DNA of 63,621 nucleotides, the filler included, from Octopus bimaculoides (taxonomy: Eukaryota), in NCBI RefSeq assembly GCF_001194135.2. It is 5 parts of 4 records of this genome, joined end to end, with 100 filler letters (N's around TTAATTAATTAA, not from the genome) between each part and the next. Parts side by side here need not be neighbours in the genome. Positions count along the whole stretch, not along the records: positions 50,882 to 60,952 come from NC_068998.1; positions 61,053 to 62,354 come from NC_068987.1; positions 62,455 to 63,621 come from NW_026356261.1; 2 more parts are not named here. One strand, given 5' to 3'. The notes below the pieces were generated by a model, which was given only the letters and a program-made list of their open reading frames with translations, did not search any database and had not been told where the DNA came from. A program made the position numbers and the translations under genes. This document shows positions 50,925-63,621 of the stretch, piece after piece (the first letter of the stretch is position 1; every line of letters begins with the position of its first letter).

Positions 50925-52254
50925 CATGGGTGGTAACAGTAACATTGTGGTTCTACTACCTGGTATGTATATTTTCTATTCAGTATTGACAATGTCTTAT
51001 TTACAAGAACAAACTCGCATATCTGTTGAAGTGAAAGATCTCTAGGGTGTTTAGACAAGATATTGATGTTAATTCAGCTCAGCATGCTACCATGTTGATC
51101 TTTGGCATGCTAATAGAGTATAGATGACTGTTTCCTATCATTATATTCCTGCCAGCATTCATTTAGTCTTTCTGCTAAATTCCTAGAAGTGGGCATGTGT
51201 AAGGTAGTATAGGCAGGTATATAAAGGGTAGGATTAGAATGGCAGCAGGATGCATGTAAATATGTCCAACTCCAATATACAACCATACACGTCCATGCAC
51301 ATGCGCATATGCATGCATGTATAGGTAGGTACAGATAGGATAAGATTAGAATAACAGCAGGATATGAGGAAATCCATACAAATACATACATGTAATCACA
51401 AGCAATTCTAAAACACAACCATACACATCCATGCACATACAGAGATATGCATGCACACAAGCACATATACAAAAGAATGCAGGAATACACAACCACGCAC
51501 ATTCATGCACACACACCATACACACATACACAAGATTAGACATGCACATGTAAACTGCACATGTGCACACATGCAGGAATACATGCACATAAGAATGTGC
51601 ACATGCAGATATACACAGACACTTTCCTGTTTAGAAAAACTGCCACACTGCATGCACATGCAGGTGTGCGTGCACACACACACACACACACACATTCACA
51701 GAATCCACTCAACCACACAAACATTCACACTAGACCATACACTCATGTGCATGCCCACACATATACACACTTATCTTGTTCTCTCATTCCCTTTCCTCAT
51801 CCCCACATAAGAAACTACACCCGTAAATTTTCACAGGATGACAAGCAATCCCAGCATATCTGAGATCGAATTGACCTTGAACAAACAGCTGTATCATTAA
51901 TGAGGTCACAGATGGTTAGTGCATGCACACCCACAAACATGAAAACAGGCAGTCATGCAGGTGTACACACACAACCATACACACACATACTCTTTGTTTA
52001 CTCTCACATTTCCCTTCCTTTGTAAGCAAACACAAACGTACATCTACATTTGCACAAACACATATACAAGACTAATTCTCAGATAGACTTAAGGCAGACC
52101 TTGAAGAGAGGAGGCATGTCATTGATGAGGTTGCAAACAGTGACAAAAGGACTTTTGACAAACAACTGATTGATTAATTAGTTGGTAAGATATTAAACCA
52201 ATTGATTAAGAATAAAGAAGTGGTTGTTGAATCAGTGCTTCTGTTATTCATCAT

Positions 52255-52420
52255 TATCATCATCATCATTTAACGTCCGTTGTCCATGCTGGCATGGGTT
52301 GGACAGTTTGAGCAGGGCTGGCAAGCTGGACCAGACTTTAGTCTGATTTTTCATGGATTTTATGGCTGGATGCCCTTCCTAATACCAACCACTCTAAGAG
52401 TGTAATGGGTACTTTTACGT
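52255..52420 (-). mobile_element. 3' end of RTE-type LINE
   Basis: Reverse complement of the 13495-13692 tail. Confidence 0.7.
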
Positions 52421-52668
52421 GATGCCTATGATTTCACTTGGCTTGATGGATCTTCTCAAGCGCAGCATAATGCCAAAGATCTTGGTCATTTGTCATTATT
52501 ATTGGTGTTATGACCCTCCCAAGACAATATACACACATACACATATGAGATAATGTCAGCAAGCATATCTATCATACAAACATTGAAACCATACGAAATG
52601 GATTAACTCAACATAGCCAGTAAATATAAGTAAATTAGTGATTATTTATATATCTACATATATTTATA

Positions 52669-53035
52669 GGTGCAAGTGTGCCTGAATGGTAAGAAGTTTG
52701 TCTCCCAACCACATTGTTCCAGGTTCAGTCCCACTATGTGGTACCTTGGACAAGTGTCTTATTATAGCCTTGGGCCAACTAAAGCTTTGTGAGTGGATTT
52801 AGTAGATGAAAAAGAATCTCATCATATGTATGTATATGTATGTATATATGTGTGTGTGTGTCCATGTTTGTTACCCACCACCACTTGACAACCGATGTTG
52901 GTGTGTATATGTCCCTATAACTTAGCAGTCTGATAAAACAAGTATCAGGATTAAAAAATAAGTACTGGGGTTGATGTGCTCAACTAAATTTCTTAAAGGC
53001 AATGCCCCAGCATGGCTGCAGTCAAATGAATGAAA
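52669..53035 (+). mobile_element. SINE family A, diverged
   Basis: Colinear with the family A consensus. Confidence 0.8.
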
Positions 53036-53044
53036 GAACACACA

Positions 53045-53080
<36 letters not shown>

Positions 53081-53342
53081 CNNNNNNNNNNNNNNNNNNN
53101 NNNNNNNNNNNNNNNNNNNNNNNNNNNNNNNNNNNNNNNNNNNNNNNNNNNNNNNNNNNNNNNNNNNNNNNNNNNNNNNNNNNNNNNNNNNNNNNNNNNN
53201 NNNNNNNNNNNNNNNNNNNNNNNNNNNNNNNNNNNNNNNNNNNNNNNNNNNNNNNNNNNNNNNNNNNNNNNNNNNNNNNNNNNNNNNNNNNNNNNNNNNN
53301 NNNNNNNNNNNNNNNNNNNNNNNNNNNNNNNNNNNNNNNNNN

Positions 53343-53373
<31 letters not shown>

Positions 53374-53804
53374 ACAGCATATTTATCATACAAACATTTA
53401 AGCAATACAAAAAAGACTATGAAAAGAGCATGCATGTGTATATGTGTGTGTGATTCAAAAATATACAAAAAATATACAGTGGTGAAAGAACAACAAACAA
53501 CTGTATTAATTTGATGCTCAGGGAAAATCGAAGTCTTTGACATTTCAAGTCTATCCTCTTCTACAGAAAGGAATTGAGGAGAATAAACTGATGGAGAGAA
53601 AACAGACATGTCTGAATTAACTGTGCTTCATGTTGAACTGACCAGAAGGAAGGAAGTAGCTGGAGGTGTGGGTGGTAAGGGACTGTTACCTGACTAAAGT
53701 GTATGTGCATGCAAGCATGTGTGTATGAGAATAATGTGTGCATGTGTTAAATGTGTTTGATGGAGTGCACATACGTATACATGTGTGTGTGTGGAGGCTC
53801 TCTG

Positions 53805-55520
53805 GCTAGATCCTGATATTTCTCTATTTTTCCAATTTCTTCAGTACTGAAACTATGATCGTATACTGTTTTTTTCATTTTGTCTTCTATAATCATATTT
53901 GGTCTTCTTGCTTCAACTGTATTGTCAGTTTTTATGGAAAGTCCCACAAGATCCTGTAATTCTCATTTTCTATCACAACCTCTCGATTGTGCTCATACTA
54001 CTTTTCAGTTATTTTGAAATTACTCATTTAGCTGACATCCCCAATACACTCTTTTGGGTACATGGTCATGCTTGTGCTTATATTCCTTTTGGGCTAGTAT
54101 ACTGCACTCGTTCAAAAGGTGATTGATACTTTCATCTCTTTTTTTGCAGATCCTATATTTGCTATCTAACTAAGTTTTGTCAATCTTTGCCATATCAGAT
54201 TTGTTCTAATGGCTTGTTCTTAAGTGGTTATAATAAGCATTTTTGTCTCTTCTTTCAAGTTCTCATCCACCAACCAACATACTCAGTTTGTTGCATGAAT
54301 TAGCCATGTAATTTCATTTCTTTCCATTTACTTATTCTGTTGTTCCTCCTTTTCTCTTTGAATTCTCCTATTGTTTCAGTTACTTTTTGGGTATCTGGCT
54401 GCCAGCTGTATTCTTTTTTTACTCTGCACAACATAATCTTTCAGACGTAGTATCATAGTATTAACAGTGTCTCCTGTGTTTCATAATCCTCTGCCACCTT
54501 CCTTTCTTGATAGGTAGAGTTTGTCAGTATTATTTTAGGGTGGAGTGTGTTGTACATTGTTTGCAGCTTTTTGTTTCTTTCATTTAAGTTCTATAGCTTG
54601 ACCTTTGTCCATTTCAGAAGGGGAGCAGTCTGTCTTAATACTGGCGTAGCTTTAATGATGTTTCCTCTATTTAATTTTATATCAAGCACCTTCCTAGTTC
54701 TCCTCTTGTTCTTCTTAGTGACTTTCTCTCTCATTTCTCCTTCCATTGTCCTGTCATCTTGCAGTACTCATAGGTATCTGTATCCTTCATTATTCCACAG
54801 TGATCTAATGATACTGTCTTGTAATTTTATGCCATTAGAGTTTAACTTCTGGCCCATCTTCATAGTTATCGATGTGCATTTATTTACCTTACCCCAAGCT
54901 GTATTCTCAATATCTTCACTGAATACTCTCTCTTTGAATCACTGAATGCAGGCTTTTCCCATTTTTTGTATATAACTTTAAGTTATGCATGTAATGTAGG
55001 TAATTTATTGTCATCTTGGTTGTAGTAAACTCAGAGGCAGGCCTGGATCTTTCTCTGTATACTTGTCCAAGGGATTAACACAATGATAAAGAGTACCAGA
55101 GAATACAAGTCTTCCTTGAAAAGGCACCTGCATATTTTTATGTTTCCTAGCAATTTGTTTCACATATCAGATCCACCTCCTACACTGTCATTGTTTTCTC
55201 CAAAAAGTTATTTATCTTCTCATTGACTCTGAGGGTCCTCAGATACTCCAAGAGCTAATTGTCTGGGACATTGTTGTAAGCCTTCCTGTTAGCTATCCAT
55301 CCAATAGCTAAATTATTTTTTTACTCATACCTCATTCAGTATTCAGTATCTATTTATAGCAAATCAGTAATTCCCCTTGGTTTCTTTTTACATCCTGTTT
55401 GCTCCTCTGGAGCAAATCCAGAAAATTATATAGTTTGTCTGCTAGGAGTCCAGTTAATAGTTTCCTGTTATTGCACAGTGTGGAGTAAAATATTGGCTTT
55501 TGTTGTTTTTTCTTCTTGTT
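53805..55520 (-). mobile_element. R4-like non-LTR retrotransposon, RT plus RLE, decayed
   Basis: KLLTGLLA..APEEQTGC..RG..DLL.ID; NLAIGWI..RKAY..VP; GLFQGD-like; YRYL; KLNRGNIIKA; LHPK..TDKLYLSRKEGGRGL; HDHV; ARRPNM; KIEKYQDL. Confidence 0.8.
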
Positions 55521-55559
55521 AAATACCAGAAAGCTTCAGACAGAAAATACCAGTCTCAA

Positions 55560-55890
55560 AATATGAGATCTTCCAAGGTGAACAGAGTTTTGGTACATTT
55601 GTGTGTCTGTCTTGAAGTCCAACTGCTCCAGTGGTAACTGGTACAGCTTATGCTGCTGGACATCCCCACATTCTTGATATCTCTACTTTGAAATCAGCAT
55701 ACTTCAAGATCTTTTTTCACTTCCTTGTCTACACTTTTTTTCTTAAAAGAATTGCAGTATCTGTTATGAAGCATTTTCTTTTTTCATGTATGATGAGATT
55801 TGGTCTCCATGTTCAGTTGCTCTGTTTGTCTGGATGCCAAAATCCCAGAGAATTTTTGCTTTATCCAGGCCATTTCAAGCCTTAAGTGGT
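55560..55890 (-). mobile_element. Second R4-like RLE fragment
   Basis: KILWDFGIQT...EKKILKYADFKVEISRMWG..AVPVTTGAVGL. Confidence 0.7.
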
Positions 55891-56289
55891 ACATGATTGT
55901 ATCATTTGACTGACAAATTGTATCTGTAGATTTTACAGTGTGATCATTTGTAAATTGAGACAGACCTTATCATGAGATTGCTTGTACCTTTTGGGAAGGA
56001 TAATGCTTTGCAGCCTGCTACAACATGCTCAATATTTTCTTCTCACTAGTTACATAAAGAGTAGTTGTTAACTGAAGTAGCAGAATAAATAAACTTTGCC
56101 CAATGAACTAATATTTAGTGGTTAAATGTGTGCAGCTACCAGCAGACTCTTAGTTTCTGTCTTTAAATTCTCATTACAGAGTCACTCCCATGATGAGCTG
56201 TGATTTTTCACTTTCTTGGTGTTTCTGTGGAACTGTCCATGGAACTACATTTCTTTTAGTGCTTTCTTTCTTTCCCAAATTATCATGCT

Positions 56290-56862
56290 TTCATCATCAT
56301 CATCATTTAATGTCTGTCTTCCATGCTGGAATGGGTTGGATGGTTTGACAGGAGCCGGCCAAGTAGAAGACCACGCCGGGCTATTGTGTCTGTTTTGGCA
56401 GCATTTTTACAGCTGGTTGCCCTTCCTAACACCAACTACCCCGTAGCGTGGACTAAGTGCTTTTTACATGGCACCAGCACAGGCAAGGTCATGTTTTAGT
56501 ATGATTTTTTACAGCTGAATGCCCTTCCAAAAACCAACCAATTCACAGTGTGGACTGGGTACTTTTTATGTGGCACCAGCACTGGCAGGGTCACCAAGTA
56601 ACTTGCAAGACAAGGAATTTTGAGAGGGTAGGGGGCATTGGAGTAGGTGATCTTGTGTCAGGTGATGAAAAATTAGAGTGTGACAGAGAGGTAGAACAGA
56701 AACAAATGTTTTGCTATAGACAAGATACATAGTTACCTGGCTGAGAGAGAGTGAGAGGTAACAAGAAAGAGGACAGAAACGTGTGTACTGCTGTAAAGAA
56801 GAGACTTGTTTACCTAACCAGAGGGAAGAGCAAGGGAAAGAGAGAGAAAGAGGGAAGAGCAA

Positions 56863-56915
<53 letters not shown>

Positions 56916-57773
56916 GGAGACAGCAAGAGTGCAAGAGAGAGCCGGAGAGAGTTGATGGTGGAGTGTCAGGGTATACTCACAAGGAATGAGGTTCATGGCA
57001 TAGATGGGATGGTAGAGTAAGGAAGAGAGAGACAAATGGTAGAAATTGCCTAGGCATGCACTCAAGGTACAGGGTCATAATATACGTGGTCAGGTATTGC
57101 CAATAATGCATGCAGTGACTGGTGAGAACCTGGATATAAGAAAAGGGATGGGGAAAGCAGTGAGGGCAGGGGTGAGGCAGAGATCAATGAGGGAAGGGGT
57201 GGGGAGTGAGAGACAATCATAGTGTATATGAAGAGGAAATATGAGGAAGAGAAATGATGCCATTTGGGAGAGGAGATGTAGTTTGGATTCTAGGGGTAGG
57301 GTGTATGAAAAGTTTGTTATATGTGAGTAGGACACAACACTTCTAGTACTCACTTTCACTGATATGGGTAGGTCTTCTCTAGAACCTCATAGCACCAGAT
57401 ATCTTGGTCCAGTGTCATTTCCTCTGTGAGCCCTAACATCCTAGATCGGTCCTCACCACGTCATCCCATGTCTTCCTGGTCTCCCTCTCCTATAGGTATC
57501 ATCTACTTTCAGTGGCCAGCACTTCTTTATACAGCTGTCTTCATTCAAACGCATCATACATCCAAACCAATGTAGTCTCCTGTCTTGCATGCTGCATTTA
57601 ATTTCTCTTTGTACAACTTTTCTCACCACAGTTACACTTTACCGTTTGTGCTCACTGATGTTGCAAATCCAACAGAGCATATTATCTTCGTGTTTTCTAC
57701 ATTCAGAACCTATGTCTCACTACCATGGAGTATAGCCATTCATACACAAGCATCACACAATCTACCTTTCACT

Positions 57774-57836
<63 letters not shown>

Positions 57837-58004
57837 NNNNNNNNNNNNNNNNNNNNNNNNNNNNNNNNNNNNNNNNNNNNNNNNNNNNNNNNNNNNNNNN
57901 NNNNNNNNNNNNNNNNNNNNNNNNNNNNNNNNNNNNNNNNNNNNNNNNNNNNNNNNNNNNNNNNNNNNNNNNNNNNNNNNNNNNNNNNNNNNNNNNNNNG
58001 AGAA

Positions 58005-58067
<63 letters not shown>

Positions 58068-58990
58068 CCTTTTGTTGCCAACAAAGGTAGTAGTTCTCTG
58101 AACTTCTTCCATCTTATTCTCATTCTAGAAACGATACTTTCAAAGCAACCACCACTGTTACTAATTTTGTCTCCTAAGTAGCAGAAACTATCCGCTAACT
58201 CAAAAGAGACTCCTGGGCATTTGAGAGAGTCTGAGTCCTGCATGCTCTTAATGCTTATTGTTCCTGTACATCTGCCACACATGAAAGCTTCCTTTTCTTT
58301 TAATCTACTTGTGATTCTGTTGCATCTCTTATGTTTCCATAGCTTAGACTGGGTGCAGTGAATGGAATTACTTCCCACTCCTTTCCTACATATTGAGCAG
58401 GACCATTTACCTCAAGGAAATAGAGTCTTATCTGCTTTCTTGCTAACAGCAACTTTAGTCTTTGCTAGGTTAACTTTAAAGCCTTTTGATTCCTGGTTTT
58501 GTTTCCATACCTAGAGCTTCTTCACCAATTTTTCTTCAGATTCTGCAATAAGAGCGAGATTGTCAGCATATAGCAGTTCCCATGGGTATCCAATTTTGAA
58601 TTCTTCTGTTATGGCCTAGAGGACTTTGATGAATAAAAGTGGACTAAGAACTGATCCCTGGTGAACCCCTACTGTATGCTAAATTCATCACTGTGTTCAT
58701 GGCCACCTCTAATCTTACTGACAGCACCGCTGTACATGGCTTGTATGGCTCTAACAGGCTATTCCTCTACTCCTGGCTTCCTTAGAGACCACCAGATAAC
58801 TGAGCAGAGAACTTTGTCAAAAGCTTTCTCCAGGTCAACAAATGCTAAGTACAATGGTTTACTTTTGGCCAAATACTTTTCTTGCAACTGTCTCACTGGG
58901 AAGATGGAATTTGTGGTACTTCTCCTAGGAACAAAACCAAACTGCATCTCATCTAGTTTAATTCTATTCCCAATGAAGTAAGCTATGACT
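56290..58990 (-). mobile_element. 5'-truncated RTE-type LINE with a PHD-like finger inside RT
   Basis: MQFGFVPRRSTT...YLAFVDLEKAFD; HQGSVLSPLLF; ELLYADNL; KVNLAKTKV; Cys/His finger at 58399-58268; FCYLGD; WKKFRELLPLL; GRPGKTWD; then 3' UTR and (GAT)n tail near 56290. Confidence 0.9.
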
Positions 58991-59604
58991 CTCTCTGTAA
59001 CTTTCAGTTATGCTTTTTTCTCAACACAAGTCCTGGTTGTATTGCAGGAGTAATTCTTCTTCATTCGTTGCATAATATTGACTTACTGGCTTTTGTTTTA
59101 AATAATAAAAAAGAAATGCTTAGATGTCCTCTCTCTCCAATGTTCTGTTTCATGTATTGCTTACATTTGCATTCCCTTCATATTTTATCCAATTCACTAA
59201 TCTGGCACTGTAACATACAATGACAACCACCTATGTGTTAAGCAAATTTATTAGATTCTTTGACTCTGTTTCTATATATATATCATACCACTGTTATTGT
59301 ACTGCCAGTCACCTCTCCTTTTCTGAGTTACTTCCAGTTTTTATCCATTCCTCATTCTTATTGACTTTCCATTTATATTTACCACTGATCACCCCACCTT
59401 TGTTCACTATTCACTACATTCACCCCTATGTACATCTGACCACCTCCACTCCATTTCCTATCCATCTTTCACTCACTTATGCATTATGATGTCATTATAC
59501 ATTTGTATGTCATGTATGAAATATAGTGAAACCTAATTCTTTGTTTAATGTGTACATTTCCAATTGTCCAGTTAGACCTATTAATTGTAATTCTTTATTT
59601 TCAG

Positions 59605-59659
59605 ATACCTGTAGTAGACGATGAAATTAAGAAAGCCTCTGGAGACAAAAAAGATGATG
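59605..59659 (+). CDS. Isolated 55-nt candidate exon of an unidentified host gene (IPVVDDEIKKASGDKKDD)
   Basis: Acceptor TTCTTTATTTTCAG, open purine-rich frame and donor GTATGT, in non-repetitive sequence. Confidence 0.5.
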
Positions 59660-59756
59660 GTATGTTTTGAAACTAGTATTGAAATCATGTTCTTTTCAAA
59701 TGGGATGAAGCACTTGGCTATTGTTGAGAGTTATGTATGTTAAGTATACATGTGTC

Positions 59757-60100
59757 TAGGCACAGATGTGGTCGTGTGATAAGGAGCTTGCTTCCCGACT
59801 GCGTGGCACCTTGGGCAAGTGTCTTTCACTATAGCCTTGGACTGACCAAAGAAAGCCTCGTGAGTGGATATGATAGACAGGAACTGAAAAGAAGCCCATC
59901 ATTGTGTGTGTGTGTGTGTGTGTCCCACCACTGCTTGACAACAGAGTTTGGTGTGTTTACATCCCTGCAACTTATCAGTTTGGTAAAAGAGATCAATAAA
60001 ATAAGTACCAGGCTTTAAAAAAAAGTCCTAAAAAGACTAAAAATTCTTCAAGGTGGTTCTCTAGCATGACTGCAGTCTAATGACTGAAACAAGTAAAAGG
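59757..60100 (+). mobile_element. SINE family A, diverged
   Basis: GCGTGGCACCTTGGGCAAGTGTCTTTCACTATAGCC...GCATGACTGCAGTCTAATGACTGAAACAAGTAAAAG. Confidence 0.8.
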
Positions 60101-60144
60101 TATGTGTATGTGAATGTATTTATGCTTGCATATATATATATATA

Positions 60145-60201
<57 letters not shown>

Positions 60202-61052
60202 ATATATATATATGTGTGTGTATATATATATATGTGTNNNNNNNNNNNNNNNNNNNNNNNNNNNNNNNNNNNNNNNNNNNNNNNNNNNNNNNNNNNNNNN
60301 NNNNNNNNNNNNNNNNNNNNNNNNNNNNNNNNNNNNNNNNNNNNNNNNNNNNNNNNNNNNNNNNNNNNNNNNNNNNNNNNNNNNNNNNNNNNNNNNNNNN
60401 NNNNNNNNNNNNNNNNNNNNNNNNNNNNNNNNNNNNNNNNNNNNNNNNNNNNNNNNNNNNNNNNNNNNNNNNNNNNNNNNNNNNNNNNNNNNNNNNNNNN
60501 NNNNNNNNNNNNNNNNNNNNNNNNNNNNNNNNNNNNNNNNNNNNNNNNNNNNNNNNNNNNNNNNNNNNNNNNNNNNNNNNNNNNNNNNNNNNNNNNNNNN
60601 NNNNNNNNNNNNNNNNNNNNNNNNNNNNNNNNNNNNNNNNNNNNNNNNNNNNNNNNNNNNNNNNNNNNNNNNNNNNNNNNNNNNNNNNNNNNNNNNNNNN
60701 NNNNNNNNNNNNNNNNNNNNNNNNNNNNNNNNTCTGCCAGAATTCTATCAGATTGGGCAGTAGATGTTGATGCACCATTTTGCATTATGTTCAAAGTAGC
60801 TTCTGGAATGTGGTGAATTTCTGCAGTCTGTTGCTGCCATTTAAAACCGGCTGCTTTCTTTCCCCAGCAAACTCTCTTCTTTGGAGGCATAATCTATGTA
60901 TATATTAAACAGAACAACAAAAGTTATAATAGATGGCAGGGTCGGTACTTTTNNNNNNNNNNNNNNNNNNNNNNNNNNNNNNNNNNNNNNNNNNNNTTAA
61001 TTAATTAANNNNNNNNNNNNNNNNNNNNNNNNNNNNNNNNNNNNNNNNNNNN

Positions 61053-61112
<60 letters not shown>

Positions 61113-62320
61113 GCGTGAGTAAGTATGTGCTTGTTATTTTTGTATGTGCGTGTGTGTTTGTGGGTCTGTCTGCATGTATGTATGTGTATATGTATGAATG
61201 TATGTATGTATGTATGTATGTATGCATGTATATATCTATTGTAAGCTATCTTTGAGCTCATCAGTAGTCTATTTATTACTGGTTGCTGAAGCAGATGCCT
61301 GGTAAATATAATTAGGCATGAGGGGAAAATGGAAAACTCAGATTGGTGAACACCGTAACATAAACTCAAAATAATGTATACTTTGAAAGGTATTCGCAAG
61401 TGTTACAAACATTGCATATTTTGTAACCCCATCGAAATTAATGAAGAATATGATTCACTGATATGAACACGAAAGACGTCGATAGAATGTATAGAATGTA
61501 TTTATCAGAAACATTTCTGACCCAGATATTCCCATTGTGATTGCCCTCATTTTGTAAGCACTTGTTGAAAGATTGAAGAATACAATTAAAATCAAATTAT
61601 CAGTCATGCTTTTATGCAAACTGAAGCGAATATGACTTCGTAACTGAAGTCGATTATGACAGATCTACCAACATCAGGAGCTATGAAGTTTCGTGCTACG
61701 CAAAGACGAATGTACCGGGGAACAACCTCAGCATTTTCAAACGAACACATTTTACACAAACTTTTTAATTCATTTCCAAATCAGTCACACTTGCTTCAGA
61801 GAGACTGGAATGCACACTATCTTAAAGTTTCTAGTTCATTTCTAAATTTGTTTTATTGCACTCGTAGTAAGATCATCAGTATTAATTTGTTTGTGCCGCA
61901 CCGCCGTGCCTATGTTACAAATGAATATTAACAAGTAATAATGGCATCATTTCCACGCAGCATATAAACGTACTACATCTATAATTCGTACGTGCGATAT
62001 TGTTCTTAATTTAAAAATCAAAATAGCCCAATATTCTTTCACTTTATCATTTGTTATAAACGGAGTATCTATGATACTTCACCTGTAGAATAAATATTTT
62101 GTGTTTCTGAGTAGAAAGAAAAAAAAATCAATATTATTTGCAGTTTCATTTGAGGTAATTTACCTTTGTGCTGTAGTAAAAATGGAGTTATCGTTCTGAA
62201 AGTGGGTAAAGGCTGCTCTAGGCAGCTTTATTTATGCTTGTATAAATGACACACTCGCACAAAACATATACAATATAAAAAAATACACATATACGTACAC
62301 AAAAACGTGGACTTGCATGC

Positions 62321-62354
<34 letters not shown>

Positions 62355-63049
62355 NNNNNNNNNNNNNNNNNNNNNNNNNNNNNNNNNNNNNNNNNNNNTT
62401 AATTAATTAANNNNNNNNNNNNNNNNNNNNNNNNNNNNNNNNNNNNNNNNNNNNTTATCGTTGATTTTTGGTGTCGCATGGCCAAAGATTACCGTGAATT
62501 TTTTTAGAGACACTTTCAAATTTATCAGAATATTTGGGCTGAAGATTGGAATAGTGAAATTTCCATTCACTTAACCATGAAACGATTCGTATCCAATTAA
62601 CTAAAGGCTTGGTTTGTTTACGCTTTTCCCTCCGGTTTTTTGTTCTATGTGTGCCATAAATATCGCCATCCGCTTTAGAGAAAAATTTGTAGTTTGGAAT
62701 CAGTAGTTCTTTGACTGCTATTTCTAAATTTTCAGTATGTTGGAGAAGCAACTCAATTGCTAATCCCTGTATATTTATGATTATATATTTATATATATAT
62801 ATATCACATACATAAATTATTAATTATATATTATTTTGATAACATAATAGGTTAGATAGGATGATGTCTATATTACAATATTACAATAACCAATAATATG
62901 TTGTGCATGTATAGTAATATTACCATCATGAAATTAGCATTAGCTTAACTCACTCTTTCTCATGGAACCTCTAGGAACCTTTTGCAGAACCCTGGGGTTT
63001 CAGGGAACCCTGGTTGAGAAACACTGGTTTGGGGAGTAGAATTTCAGTT

Positions 63050-63470
63050 TCTTCAGCCTCTGCAAGTAGCTCTCCTGTTACACCAAGTGAATCTTCTCTG
63101 TATAGTGGCCTCAAGTTCCACCTCCAGTTAGACACTCCGCAGTGATTGCATCTAGGAGCAGTAATCCAGATGAGTGAGAACAAAAGTTCTCCATAGAAGT
63201 GGCATGGTCTCCTTCTTCCTGGTTCTGAAGGATCTCAGAATCCATTCATTTATTCAATTGCACAGTGTTGTCACCTTGGTAATATGCATAAGGAATGTTG
63301 CACCACTACTCATATGGATTCCTCCCAGGTCATGCACTGACTCTCGCCCTGGAAGTGCCCTACCCACTGGTCCTGTGTATTTTAATTGTAGTCTGCTTGT
63401 GGGCTGTCAGTGAGTTGCTTGGATCTTTTCACCATTGAACTGCATCTTATTTTCATTAGGTTTTGCTGCA
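63050..63470 (-). mobile_element. CR1-type LINE RT C-terminal fragment
   Basis: VHDLGGIHMSS..TFLMHI...WILRSFRTR..ETMPLLWRTFVLTHLDYCS...LEATIQRRFT. Confidence 0.75.
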
Positions 63471-63621
63471 GTTTTACCCCACCCCTCTCTCTCTATCAAT
63501 TTATCTATCTATCTACCTATATATCTATCTGTATATCTATTTATCTACTTATCTGTCTGTCTGTCTGTCTTTCTGTCTATGTATGTATGTATGTATCTAT
63601 CTATCTATCTATCTATCTATC

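Noticed and set aside
60733-60890. MPPKKR... ORF start (minus strand), possibly a Helitron Rep N-terminus or NLS
   Set aside because: Only about 52 codons before a gap; no diagnostic motif.
62455-62751. 98-aa minus-strand ORF
   Set aside because: No recognisable domain or convincing splice context.

Overview
AT-rich, microsatellite-dense eukaryotic genomic DNA from a gapped draft scaffold. It has many N gaps and four artificial 100-nt N44-TTAATTAATTAA-N44 linkers. The SINE/LINE families look like those of Octopus (inference from recalled repeat sequences). Most of the window is decayed transposon debris: tRNA-derived SINEs; RTE, R4-like, CR1, Tx1-like and Penelope retroelements; mariner, pogo and hAT; Helitron/Helentron. 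Two loci stand out. (1) A Gypsy LTR element (5' LTR, tRNA-Leu PBS, gag, pol spacer) on the minus strand whose RT/RNaseH/integrase is replaced, in frame, by an intronless decayed copy of the ciliary gene SCLT1 (19.0-22.3 kb). (2) An intact single-exon 338-codon Arg/Ser/Lys/Cys-rich ORF (4745-5761) resembling a sperm nuclear basic protein precursor. It has a CCAAT-CRE-octamer cluster upstream and a Lys-rich H1-tail-like alternative frame. One isolated probable exon (59605-59659) suggests a host gene on the + strand. No CRISPR arrays, rRNA genes or real tRNA genes were seen. All family assignments are by eye and from memory and need database confirmation.
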